Source: Azolla caroliniana
Taxonomy: Eukaryota; Plantae; Polypodiophyta
Assembly (NCBI GenBank): GCA_043228905.1
Contig: JBHGNT010000007.1
Span: 20,336,001 to 20,400,000, forward strand
Direction of reading: 5' to 3'
DNA: 64,000 nucleotides
Under the pieces are notes generated by a model. The model made no database searches. It saw only the letters and a program-made list of their open reading frames with translations, and had not been told where the DNA came from. Shown here piece after piece: positions 23,012 to 33,022 of the stretch. Numbering within the stretch: the stretch's first letter is position 1; each line of letters begins with the position of its first letter. The translations under genes were made by a program, and so were the position numbers.

Positions 23012-25387
23012 TCAACACTCCCCCTCAAGCTCAACCTGAGGTGGGGTCGTAGTGTCGACCTCTGTGGCAGTCGGTTCTTCCAACCGACTTCTCCTGGCGT
23101 CACTCCGCCTTGCTCGCGCTCCTCGTCTGGTCCGGTCCCGTTTGCCGCGACCCCTTTGGTTTTGCGCGCCTCGACCCTCTCGGTCGGCATGTCTGCTCAA
23201 TAGGCCCATCTCAGCACTCACGTTGCTGTGACTCCGGCGCTTGCCGATCCGTCGGTTCTCCCACGATGGCATCGACTTCCGCTGTGTCCGTGTCCCCTTG
23301 GCCTTCAGTCGATCCGACTCATCCGGATCCATCTGTTGATCCGAGTCAGCTGTCTCCGACTCGTTCCAGCTCTTGTCTGAATCGGTACACTCCGATTCGA
23401 CTTCCGGCTTCAGGCCTCTCACCACATCGGACCACTTCCGAGTCTTGGCCTTCTCCATGCTTCCCTCGACTTCTTCAGCCGGTGAACCGAAATCGAATTC
23501 TTCATTCGACTCTACATCATGGTCAATACCGACGTGATGACCTCCGCACAGCATGCACTTCTCTTCCTGAGTGCACAACTCTTCTTCACAGCCGCTTGCT
23601 CCGACTTGTTCGGATGTGTCGACTTCCTTTGTTGACTCGGCTTCCTTCATCTTCTTGTCTCCTCTTCTTCCGGCTCTCCTCTTACCGACGGGTTCAACAG
23701 TTTTTTGGCCTTTGCCCGTTTCGGTAGAGACTTTGAACTTGCTTCTCCCCCTCAAGTGCGGCACGTCGAGATGCTGAATACCAAGCATGTCGGTAAAGTG
23801 CTGCAACTTGTCCGATCCGAGCGGCTTGGTGAAGATGTCGGCAACTTGCCGATCCGTATGAACATACCGTAGGTCAACTTCACCGCTCAGGACCCGCTCA
23901 CGCACGAAGTGGTAGTGCACCTCAATGTGCTTTGTACGAGCATGGAACACAGGGTTCTTGGCGAGCTGCAGGCTGCTCATGTTATTGTAGTAAATCGGGA
24001 TCGGGGTCGGTACCTCAATCCGCAAGTCTCGCAGCAGTCGCCGAAGCCAGATGGCTTCACAAGTGGCAACGGTAGCGGCCCGGTACTCAGCCTCAATGCT
24101 TGACAAAGCCACTGTGGGCTGCTTCTTGCTGCTCCACGCAACGACCGCGATACCTATGGAGAACATGTATCCGGAAGTGGAGCGGCGATCAGACGCATCG
24201 CCGGCCCAGTCAGCATCTGTGTAATTGACAAGCTCTTCGGGTATACCTCGCCAGTATAGCAGTCCCCGGTCCTTAGTGCCGCTGACATACCGTAATATTC
24301 GTTGCGCGCACTGAAGGTGCTCCACGGTCGGCTTCTGCATGAACTGACTTACCATGCCGACCGGATAGCTGATGTCAGGTCGGGTGATGGTTAAGTAGAT
24401 CAGGCTTCCGACAACCTGTCGGAACCGTTTCTCATTGCAGGCCGGTCCGGAGTTGGGACGGAGCTTCTGGTTCCGGTCCAGGGGTGTGGAGACAGGTCGG
24501 CAATCCGTCATGCTGAACTTATACAGCATATTCAACACGTAATGTCGTTGTGAGAGCAATATGCCATCGGGGGTCCGGATCACTTCGATCCCAAGAAAAT
24601 AATGAAGGTCCCCCAGGTCCTTCATTTCGAATGCGTCCGACAACTGGGACTTGACGCGGTTGATTTCGGGAAGACCCGGTCCGGTGATGACTAAATCATC
24701 CACATACAAGAGTATACATACCGGACCATCAGAGCCTTGCCGGATGAACAACGAAGAGTCCGACTTAGAGACAACAAACCCCAGCTTATGCAACCGGTGC
24801 GTGATCTTCGCGTTCCAAGCTCGGGGGGCTTGCTTCAAGCCGTAAAGCGACTTCTTCAGTCGGCATACCGCCGACTTGTTCATCTCTGATTGAAATCCGG
24901 GGGGCTGAGTCATAAAGACTTCTTCTTCAAGCTCTCCTTGAAGGAAGGCGTTCTTCACATCCATCTGGTGAAGATGCCACCCCCTTGCCGCAGCAACCGC
25001 TAGTACCACACGAACCGTCGTCATCTTTGCCACAGGAGCGAAGGTCTCGTCGTAGTCGATTCCGTGGGTCTGCGCGTATCCCTTCGCCACTAACCGGGCT
25101 TTGTACCGGTTAACAGAACCGTCGACGTTGTACTTGACCTTGTACACCCACTTGCATCCGATCAGTTTACAGTGATGGGGAGGATCAACTAGGTCCCAAG
25201 TTTCGTTGGCATCGAGTGCCCGCATTTCTTCGTCCATAGCGGCACGCCAATTTGCGTCTTTTGCCGCTTCTGCGTAGCTCTCCGGCTCACGCACTTCTGT
25301 TACCTTAGTCATGTACGCATAATGATGCGCCATGTATTCATTGTACCCGTACCGCATGATGGGTTGATTGGCGCAACGCACCGTCAC
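23012..25387 (-). CDS. copia RT-RNase H with an in-frame C-terminal extension of about 245 aa
   Basis: QMDVKNAFL, LYGLKQAPRAW, YVDD, TDADWAG, ADIFTKPL. The ORF continues past HLRGR into the 3' LTR. Confidence 0.9.
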   Translation of the reverse strand: MTVRCANQPIMRYGYNEYMAHHYAYMTKVTEVREPESYAEAAKDANWRAAMDEEMRALDANETWDLVDPPHHCKLIGCKWVYKVKYNVDGSVNRYKARLVAKGYAQTHGIDYDETFAPVAKMTTVRVVLAVAAARGWHLHQMDVKNAFLQGELEEEVFMTQPPGFQSEMNKSAVCRLKKSLYGLKQAPRAWNAKITHRLHKLGFVVSKSDSSLFIRQGSDGPVCILLYVDDLVITGPGLPEINRVKSQLSDAFEMKDLGDLHYFLGIEVIRTPDGILLSQRHYVLNMLYKFSMTDCRPVSTPLDRNQKLRPNSGPACNEKRFRQVVGSLIYLTITRPDISYPVGMVSQFMQKPTVEHLQCAQRILRYVSGTKDRGLLYWRGIPEELVNYTDADWAGDASDRRSTSGYMFSIGIAVVAWSSKKQPTVALSSIEAEYRAATVATCEAIWLRRLLRDLRIEVPTPIPIYYNNMSSLQLAKNPVFHARTKHIEVHYHFVRERVLSGEVDLRYVHTDRQVADIFTKPLGSDKLQHFTDMLGIQHLDVPHLRGRSKFKVSTETGKGQKTVEPVGKRRAGRRGDKKMKEAESTKEVDTSEQVGASGCEEELCTQEEKCMLCGGHHVGIDHDVESNEEFDFGSPAEEVEGSMEKAKTRKWSDVVRGLKPEVESECTDSDKSWNESETADSDQQMDPDESDRLKAKGTRTQRKSMPSWENRRIGKRRSHSNVSAEMGLLSRHADREGRGAQNQRGRGKRDRTRRGARARRSDARRSRLEEPTATEVDTTTPPQVELEGEC

Positions 25388-26783
25388 CTGATTTGAGGCC
25401 CTTCTTGGTCAGTTCGGTCTTCGTTGCCAAAGATCCGCCTTTCTCCTTTCCGGAGTCGGATACGCACCGATCCGACTCATCGTTGCCAGTTTCGAATTCC
25501 GGCATCTTCCTCTTCCCCTTCTCTTTGCGTGTGAACCGTTTCCTCGGTTCCTTGCGCGGGGAGAGCATGACAGAGTCTCCACCACTTGCCGTCTCTTCAT
25601 CTGACTGGTCCAACCGACTCAGTCGCTCGTTCGGTCCACTCAACCGTAACGATTCCGGACTCTCATCTTGAGTCCCGGCTTCATCATCCTCTATCAGGGC
25701 TGATTCAGGCTCACTGGCCTGATCTTCCGGCATTGGGTCGGGATCGGAAGTCGGAGTCGGTACGGAGTACCAAGATGCCGATTCATCGAACTCGACATCC
25801 CAGCTAACTCGGACTTCCTTCGTCCGGGGGTTATAGCACTTATACCCCTTTTGCTCTTGAGCATAGCCGATTAGGATGCATTTTTCCGATTTTGCATCCA
25901 GCTTTCTCCGCTTCTGATCCGGCACATGCACATACGCTATGCTGCCGAATATCCGAAGGTGTCTTAAGTTCGGCTTGCGCCCGAAATACAGCTCATGAGC
26001 TGACACCTTGTCACCAATGCGGTTTTGTATGTAGACGGCCGTCCGGACCGTCTCCGCCCAGTAGAACCGGGGCATGCTCTTCTCCTCCAACATTGCCCTT
26101 GCCGCTTCGACGAGTGTCCGGTTCTTCCTTTCGGCCACACCGTTTTGCTCCGGTGTGTATCTGCAGCTGAACTCTCGCCGAATTCCCTTCTGCTGTAGAT
26201 AACTAGTGAATTGGCCGGAAAAATATTCCTTTCCGCCATCCGACCGAAGGCATTTGATCTTCCTCTTCGATTCCCGTTCCACCATCTTCTGGAGGCTCCG
26301 GAAACAGTTGAAGACTTCGCTCTTCCGCTCAATGAGGTAGATCCAAGTATGTCGAGTATAGTCGTCGATGAAGGAGACGAAGTATCGGTTCCCGCCAAGG
26401 ATTACACTTTGTGCCGGTCCCCACACATCCGAGTGGATGAGATCGAGCTTGTTACGGCTCCGGTTCCGTTCGGTGGGGAATGGAAGCCGGTGTTGCTTCC
26501 CAAGTTGGCAGGCTTCACAAATTTCGGCTCTCCGGCTGCTGAACTTCGGCAAACCGAAAACGACTTGTTTCGTTTGCAGGTCTTGAAGCCTCCGGTAGTT
26601 GACGTGGCCTATCCGCTTGTGCCACAGGTCGATGTCTGACTCGACCTTCTGTCGTTTCGCGAACAGAGCGGTGCCAAAGTCATTGGTGTTGAGGATAAAC
26701 ATCCTCCAGTCTCTGCGCCCTTGCGCAATGACTTCGCCCTCATCCTCAATGAAGCACCCAAGGTGCGTAAACCGCACCTGCAT
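25338..26783 (-). CDS. copia integrase region (GAG-pre-integrase, rve, SH3)
   Basis: LWHKRIGH, CEACQLGKQ, HSDVWGP, RSDGGKEY, PEQNGVAERKNR. Confidence 0.92.
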   Translation of the reverse strand: MQVRFTHLGCFIEDEGEVIAQGRRDWRMFILNTNDFGTALFAKRQKVESDIDLWHKRIGHVNYRRLQDLQTKQVVFGLPKFSSRRAEICEACQLGKQHRLPFPTERNRSRNKLDLIHSDVWGPAQSVILGGNRYFVSFIDDYTRHTWIYLIERKSEVFNCFRSLQKMVERESKRKIKCLRSDGGKEYFSGQFTSYLQQKGIRREFSCRYTPEQNGVAERKNRTLVEAARAMLEEKSMPRFYWAETVRTAVYIQNRIGDKVSAHELYFGRKPNLRHLRIFGSIAYVHVPDQKRRKLDAKSEKCILIGYAQEQKGYKCYNPRTKEVRVSWDVEFDESASWYSVPTPTSDPDPMPEDQASEPESALIEDDEAGTQDESPESLRLSGPNERLSRLDQSDEETASGGDSVMLSPRKEPRKRFTRKEKGKRKMPEFETGNDESDRCVSDSGKEKGGSLATKTELTKKGLKSGDGALRQSTHHAVRVQ

Positions 26784-28092
26784 CCCCTGATCGACAATCT
26801 AACCGACGGACACCAGGTTCTTCGTGATTGTCGGAACGTGTAATACGTTCATCAGCTTCCCTTTCTGTCCGACGTGGCTTAGAGGGACTTCTTCGACGTG
26901 CACGATTGGGTGAGGAGTGTCGTCTTCGGTTTCGACTACTCCTGGTTGATCCGGTTTCTCCAGAAAGGAGAACCACTCTTTGTGGCTCGTCATGTGGTTC
27001 GACGCGCCGGAATCAACATACCACACTTCCTCCGTTTTGGAAGTGGTCTTCTTCATTGAGTTTGCCTTGTGATTCATCACCAAGGCTGGCCCCTTACCGG
27101 CCTTTCCGGTTCCGGATCCTCCTGATCCGTTTGCATAGTGCAAGTTTTGCCGGCCATCCTTACCGGTCTTGCCGGATCCGGATTTGTCCGAATCGGCACG
27201 CTTTCTCCAGCACTCGCTTTCCCTATGGCCTTTTTTGCCACAGTACCAACATTCCGTAGCGGATTTGTCTTGCCGGCCTCCGGCACCGCCTTGACTCCCC
27301 CTGCTTGTGGAAGTCCTGGAACTGCTGTCGGCACACTCATAGTGCCTCCGTTCCTGCTCTTGCCGGCCGCCTCCATTGCGTGCCGACCCACCTCTTCCAC
27401 CACGCCCACGGAGCCGATCCGTTCCCGTGTACAACATTCGGCTATCTGGGGATGCACTGGTAGATGCACCGGCGTGGTTCTCCTCTACAAGGAGCATCGA
27501 CTGTAAGTCGAAGAATGAGGGGGTATTCTCCCTTGTACACACCGCAGTCCGGAACGTTCCGAACTTGGACGACAGGCCTCCGAGACATACCTGCTGTCAT
27601 GAGATGGCAAGACTCGAACCCATGACCTTATGGTATATGGGTCGAGTTCTTAACCATCTCACCATCTATTGTAATTCATAGGATATTATTTTCATTTTTG
27701 TTTTATTATAAGAAAGTAATGTATATTCCAGATTTCTCTGGAACATTCTAGAAGCTTCAGGATTATTCCTGAGAACACTATAAAAGAAGGCACTAAGCAT
27801 TATGTTGAACCAAATTGGTTCAACACCAGTCTTAAGCCTCTTAGCCGATTTGTACTTATCTTTCATATAATATAAGAGCTGTTGTCATCATCCTATCTCT
27901 CTCTCTCTCTCTCCTCTTCTCATTTTCTCTCTCTCGGGAATCTTACGCAGTCCCGTCCTCTTAGTACTAATAGTACTACTCTTCTTAGTACTAATTCCAT
28001 CTCTGCTTTAGTACTATTCCTGACAGTTTGAACCAATTTCTCTCTAGCCTACTTGTCACTCTCCCTCATCCTCCTACCCTTTTTCCTATACT

Positions 28093-29250
28093 ATGGCTAC
28101 TGTTAGCGCCCAAGAATACCAATCCGTTTTCTCCGAGCTACAGTGCCTAAAAGAAAAGTTTGTGGCCCTGGAACAAGAAAACCAACGGCTGATAGGGGAT
28201 CTGCAACAAATCGCTCTCGAAAAACAACAAACGCAACAACAACATGGGGAGTTAGCGTTACGGGTACAACAACTCGAAGCAGCGTTGCAACAACAAGGAT
28301 CCAGTCCCCAAGGATTTCATAAAGAGCCCAAGATTGGACTTCCTGTGAAATTTGATGGAACGCGTTCGCAATTCCGGGGATTCCTTAATCAGGTACGCTT
28401 AGTCATCCAGATGCATCCTTCCCGATATCCCACTGATGCATCCCGAGTCGGCCTAATAGGCACGCTACTTAGCGGCTCAGCCTTGGCATGGTTCGCTCCG
28501 CTTCTAGAAAAACAATCCCCCTTGCTTAATAACTTTGAAGATTTTATTGGTGAGTTTAAAGCCTGCTTTGGAGACACCGACAGCATCAGGACGGCGATCA
28601 ACAAGATCCGGCGATTGCGTCAAGGCGATCGTCCAGCCTCTGCCTACGCGGCGGATTTCCGCCTACTTGCTTCAGATATACCCTGGGATGATCAAGCACT
28701 AATGGAGCAGTTTCGCTATGGCTTGCGAAACGATGTCAAAGATCTACTTCTCACTTTCCCCGAGGAACCAAAGTCTCTTACGGAGGCAATCAGTCGAGCA
28801 GTTCGATGTGACAACCGCCTGTTCGAACGGCGTTCAGAACGTCAATTACAGATACCACGCTCTAGACCAGAGCCCACTTACGCCGCAGTCGCGGCTAAAC
28901 CATTTGCACGAGACATACCTCAAGCAAATACTTCGACACCGATGGAGATCGATACCATGCGTCGACGCGGCCCGTTATCGGAAGAAGAAAAGCAACGACG
29001 ACGTGCCAATCGATTATGTCTTTATTGCGGTGGACCAGGACATATCGCCATCAATTGTCCCCATAGGCCAAGAAGACAGGTAAATCAAATCGTCGCCTGT
29101 ACTAAACCCGAGTCAATTCTTCCCATCGGAGTGTCTGATAGTATTAATAGTACTAATAGAGTGTCAGATAGTATTCATAGTACTAATAGCCCAAGTATCT
29201 CAAATAAATTTGAAATCCTTAGTCAATTAGATGAAGAGTTAAACGATTGA
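28093..29250 (+). CDS. gag: gag (coiled coil, PEG10/RTL1-like capsid, CCHC knuckle)
   Basis: EPKIGLPVKFDGTRSQFRGF, LLSGSALAWF, LRQG...YAADF, PMEID, CLYCGGPGHIAINC. Confidence 0.95.
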   Translation: MATVSAQEYQSVFSELQCLKEKFVALEQENQRLIGDLQQIALEKQQTQQQHGELALRVQQLEAALQQQGSSPQGFHKEPKIGLPVKFDGTRSQFRGFLNQVRLVIQMHPSRYPTDASRVGLIGTLLSGSALAWFAPLLEKQSPLLNNFEDFIGEFKACFGDTDSIRTAINKIRRLRQGDRPASAYAADFRLLASDIPWDDQALMEQFRYGLRNDVKDLLLTFPEEPKSLTEAISRAVRCDNRLFERRSERQLQIPRSRPEPTYAAVAAKPFARDIPQANTSTPMEIDTMRRRGPLSEEEKQRRRANRLCLYCGGPGHIAINCPHRPRRQVNQIVACTKPESILPIGVSDSINSTNRVSDSIHSTNSPSISNKFEILSQLDEELND

Positions 29251-32200
29251 GTCCAGCCAAAATAGGAGCCATTTGGTTGGACAGCAGCCCTAGATCTGTA
29301 CAGCCCATTAGTGGTTCCATTCCTTCCAAGCAAATTAGCAATGTGTTCCTAGCCCAAGTCATTGTTAGTACTAAAAGTACTCCCCCAGTACCCGTCCTAG
29401 CACTTTTAGATTCCGGAGCTAATTCCTGTTTCATGGATCGAAATTTTGCCCAAGCTTCTCAGATATCCTTAAGAAAACTTCCTTGTCCCGCATCTGTAGT
29501 GGTCATTGATGGTCGTCCCATTGCTTCCGGGAATATTGTAGAAGAATCAGAACCCATTCAAGTTGTCTTAGGTAGTTTTGTGTGTATAATATCATTTAAT
29601 ATAATTAGTAGTCCAGAGCATCCCATTGTCCTAGGATTACCTTGGCTTGAATTACATAATCCAGCCATAGATTGGAGAACAAGAGAAGTCCGATATCGAC
29701 CACCCCAAGAATCAACTCACCGAGTTTCGACCATTTCACTCCATCAACTACGTGAAGAAGGACCCAAGGAGGCAATGTTCCTATTTGCCATATCAGTACA
29801 TCCTTCCAGCACTATTAAGAAGGACTCCTCAGTACAACTTCCGGCAAAATATCATCCTTATGCCGATGTATTTGACAAGGTAAAAGCCGGTACCCTTCCT
29901 CATCACCGTCCCTATGACTGTCCCATCGATTTACAACCAGGAACCGAGCCACCATGGGGACCAATTTACAACTTGTCACCCACCGAGTTAGAAGTCCTTC
30001 GAGCCTACATAGAGGAGAACTTGGCAAGCGGGTTCATCCGTCATTCGAAATCTCCAGCCGGTGCACCCATCTTCTTTGTCAAGAAGAAAGATGGCTCACT
30101 TCGTCTTGTCGTTGATTACCGCGGATTGAATAAAGTCACCATCCGGAATAGGTATGCACTTCCTCTTATATCAAGTCTTTTAGAGCGAGTTAATGGTGCC
30201 AAGTTTTTTACTAAAATCGATCTACGAGGAGCGTATAATCTCGTGCGGATCCGACCGGGAGATGAGTGGAAGACCGCTTTTCGCACGCGGTATGGGCATT
30301 TCGAGTATACTGTTATGCCGTTTGGCCTAACCAATGCACCCGCAGTCTTCCAACACATGGCAAATGATATATTCAGAGACCTCTTAGATATCTGTTTGAT
30401 CATTTATCTGGATGATCTGTTGATTTATTCGAAGACCCAGGAAGAGCACGATTCTCATGTACTATTAGTACTAAAGCGACTCCGCGAGAATGGTCTTTAT
30501 GCCAAGCTAGAAAAGTGTAGCTTTGACTGCAAGCAAGTGGAATTTCTAGGCTACGTCATCTCCTCAAAGGGCATCGCCATGGATCCAGCTAAAGTCCAAA
30601 CTGTACTAGAGTGGCAAATTCCACGGTCGGTACGAGATGTACAATGTTTTCTAGGTTTTGCTAACTTCTACCGTAAGTTTATACAGGATTACTCGAAGAT
30701 TATCTTACCCCTCACACAGCTTACGAAGAAGGGCCAAGCATTTCTTTGGTCCATTGAAGCAGATATGGCTTTTCGACATCTTAAGAAAGCCTTTACATCA
30801 GCACCGATTCTAGCTCATGTGGATACTAGCAAACCATTCATCATGGAGGCCGATGCTTCAGATTTCGCCCTCGGTAGCATCCTTTCTCAACAAGGAGATA
30901 AAGAAGAGTTGCATCCGGTGGCTTTCCATTCGCGCAAATTCGATGTTGCGGAAATCAACTACGAAATACATGACAAGGAGTTATTAGCCATCGTGGATTC
31001 ATTTGTGCAATGGCGGCATTTCTTAGAGGGCTCTCCACATCAGGTCGTTGTCTTTAGTGATCATAAAAATCTTGCTTATTTCCAGAACGCTCGCGTACTA
31101 AATCGACGGCAAGCTCGGTGGGCGCAATTCCTCACGCGTTTCGACTTCAAAATCACATATCGACCGGGGAAGCAACAAGGAAAAGCAGATGCACTGTCAC
31201 GGCGTTCATATCTTGCACCTCGTCCTGGTGATCCAACATTTGATAATCAAAAGCAAGTAATCTTGGGACCAGCACGATTGCACACGACGCGGATTTTTCA
31301 CACCCCGATGGATTCACGGATTACTGACGACATACGTGCAAACTTGAAGACGGATAGTTTTGCTCAAAAAATCTTGGCGCACATTGATACTTCTCGGGCA
31401 TCCTGTTCTCAGTCTCAACAACCAGGTATTGACTACCGACAATTCGAATATCATGATGGTTTGTTATTCTTTAAAAAGCGCGTATATGTCCCCGATTGCT
31501 CCTGTCGCCTTCACATCATCCAGCATTGTCATGATACCCATACGGCGGGACATTTCGGTAGTACTAAGACGTTGGAGCTAGTGCAACGATCTTTTTGGTG
31601 GCCCCACATGCGTCGTTTTGTCGATGACTACGTTCGGACCTGTGATGCTTGCTGCCGAGCAAAGATGCCACGACACCATCCATATGGCTTGTTGGAACCC
31701 TTACCGATTCCAAGTAAGCCGTGGCAATCTATTTGTCTTGATTTTATCACAGATCTGCCGGTCTCGCAGGGGTTCGATGCTATCTTAACCGTCGTCGATC
31801 GATATACGAAGATGGCACATTTTGTTCCATGTACTAAGGCCATCACTAGCGAGGAAACCGCCGTCCTAGTCATGCGTGAGGTATTTCGGCATCATGGCCT
31901 CCCAGACAGTATCATTAGTGACCGAGGACCACAATTTGTCTCCAAATTTTGGCAGCATCTCTTCAAGATGCTCAAGGTCTCTTGCAACCTCTCCTCCGGC
32001 TACCATCCTCAGACCGATGGGCAGGCAGAACGAACAAACCAAACGTTGGAGCAATATCTCCGGTGTTTCCTGAGTTATCAACAAGACGATTGGGCCGAGA
32101 TTCTCCACTTTGCGGAGTTTGCGTATAATAATGTTGTTCACTCCTCGACTCGAGTCTCCCCATTCTACGCGTATACCGGTTCTCATCCTCGCTGGTCGGT

Positions 32201-32520
32201 GATCGACACCCCGGAGCTACCTACCAATCCTCGTGCCGGGGATCATTTGGAGAGACTACGCAAGATCCAGACAGATCTCTCGACTCATCTTCATCATGCT
32301 CAACAGACACAGAAGATTTACGCGGATCGTCATCGGCTTCCCTCCTCTTTTGCCGTCGGAGATCGAGTATGGCTCTTACGTCGTCACATCAAGACTACTC
32401 GACCATGCGACAAGTTGGATTATCGACGACTCGGTCCTTTCCTTATTACGGGTAAAGTTAATGATGTCACCTTCCGCCTTGATCTCCCTCCGCCGCTTCA
32501 GCTACATCCGGTTTTCCATT
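29238..32520 (+). CDS. pol: pol (PR-RT-RH-INT) in the -1 frame relative to gag, interrupted after HPVFH by another LTR and an assembly gap
   Basis: LLDSGANSCF, YLDD, EADASDFALG, HHCC, DFITDLP, GPF. No ATG; overlaps the end of gag. Confidence 0.93.
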
Positions 32521-32922
32521 GAGATGGCAAGACTCGAACCCATGACCTTATGGTATATGGGTCGAGCTCTTAACCATCTCACCATCTATTGTAATTCATA
32601 GAATATTATTTTCATTTATGTTTTATTATAAGAAAGTAATGTATATTCCAGATTTCTCTGGAACATTCTAGAAGCTTCAGGATTATTCCTGAGAACACTA
32701 TAAAAGAAGGCACTAAGCATTATGTTGAACCAAATTGGTTCAACACCAGTCTTAAGCCTCTTAGTCGATTTGTACTTATCTTTCATATAATATAAGAGCT
32801 GTTGTCATCATCCTATTTCTCTCTCTCTCTCCTCTTCTCACTTCCTCTCTCTCGGGAATCTTACGCAGTCCCGTCCTCTAGTACTAATAGTACTAATAGT
32901 ACTACTCTTCTTAGTACTAATT
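32520..32922 (+). mobile_element. extra LTR of the same Tcn1-like family inside integrase, running into the N gap
   Basis: Near-identical to 27600-27995 but with its own SNPs, an extra AGTACTAAT unit, and no initial TGTCA. Confidence 0.8.
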
Positions 32923-33022
32923 NNNNNNNNNNNNNNNNNNNNNNNNNNNNNNNNNNNNNNNNNNNNNNNNNNNNNNNNNNNNNNNNNNNNNNNNNNNNNN
33001 NNNNNNNNNNNNNNNNNNNNNN
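32923..33022. other. assembly gap (100 N)
   Basis: Run of N. Confidence 1.

Noticed and set aside
27601-27668. Functional tRNA gene
   Set aside because: Acceptor, anticodon and T stems do not pair properly. Only the promoter boxes and their spacing are retained.
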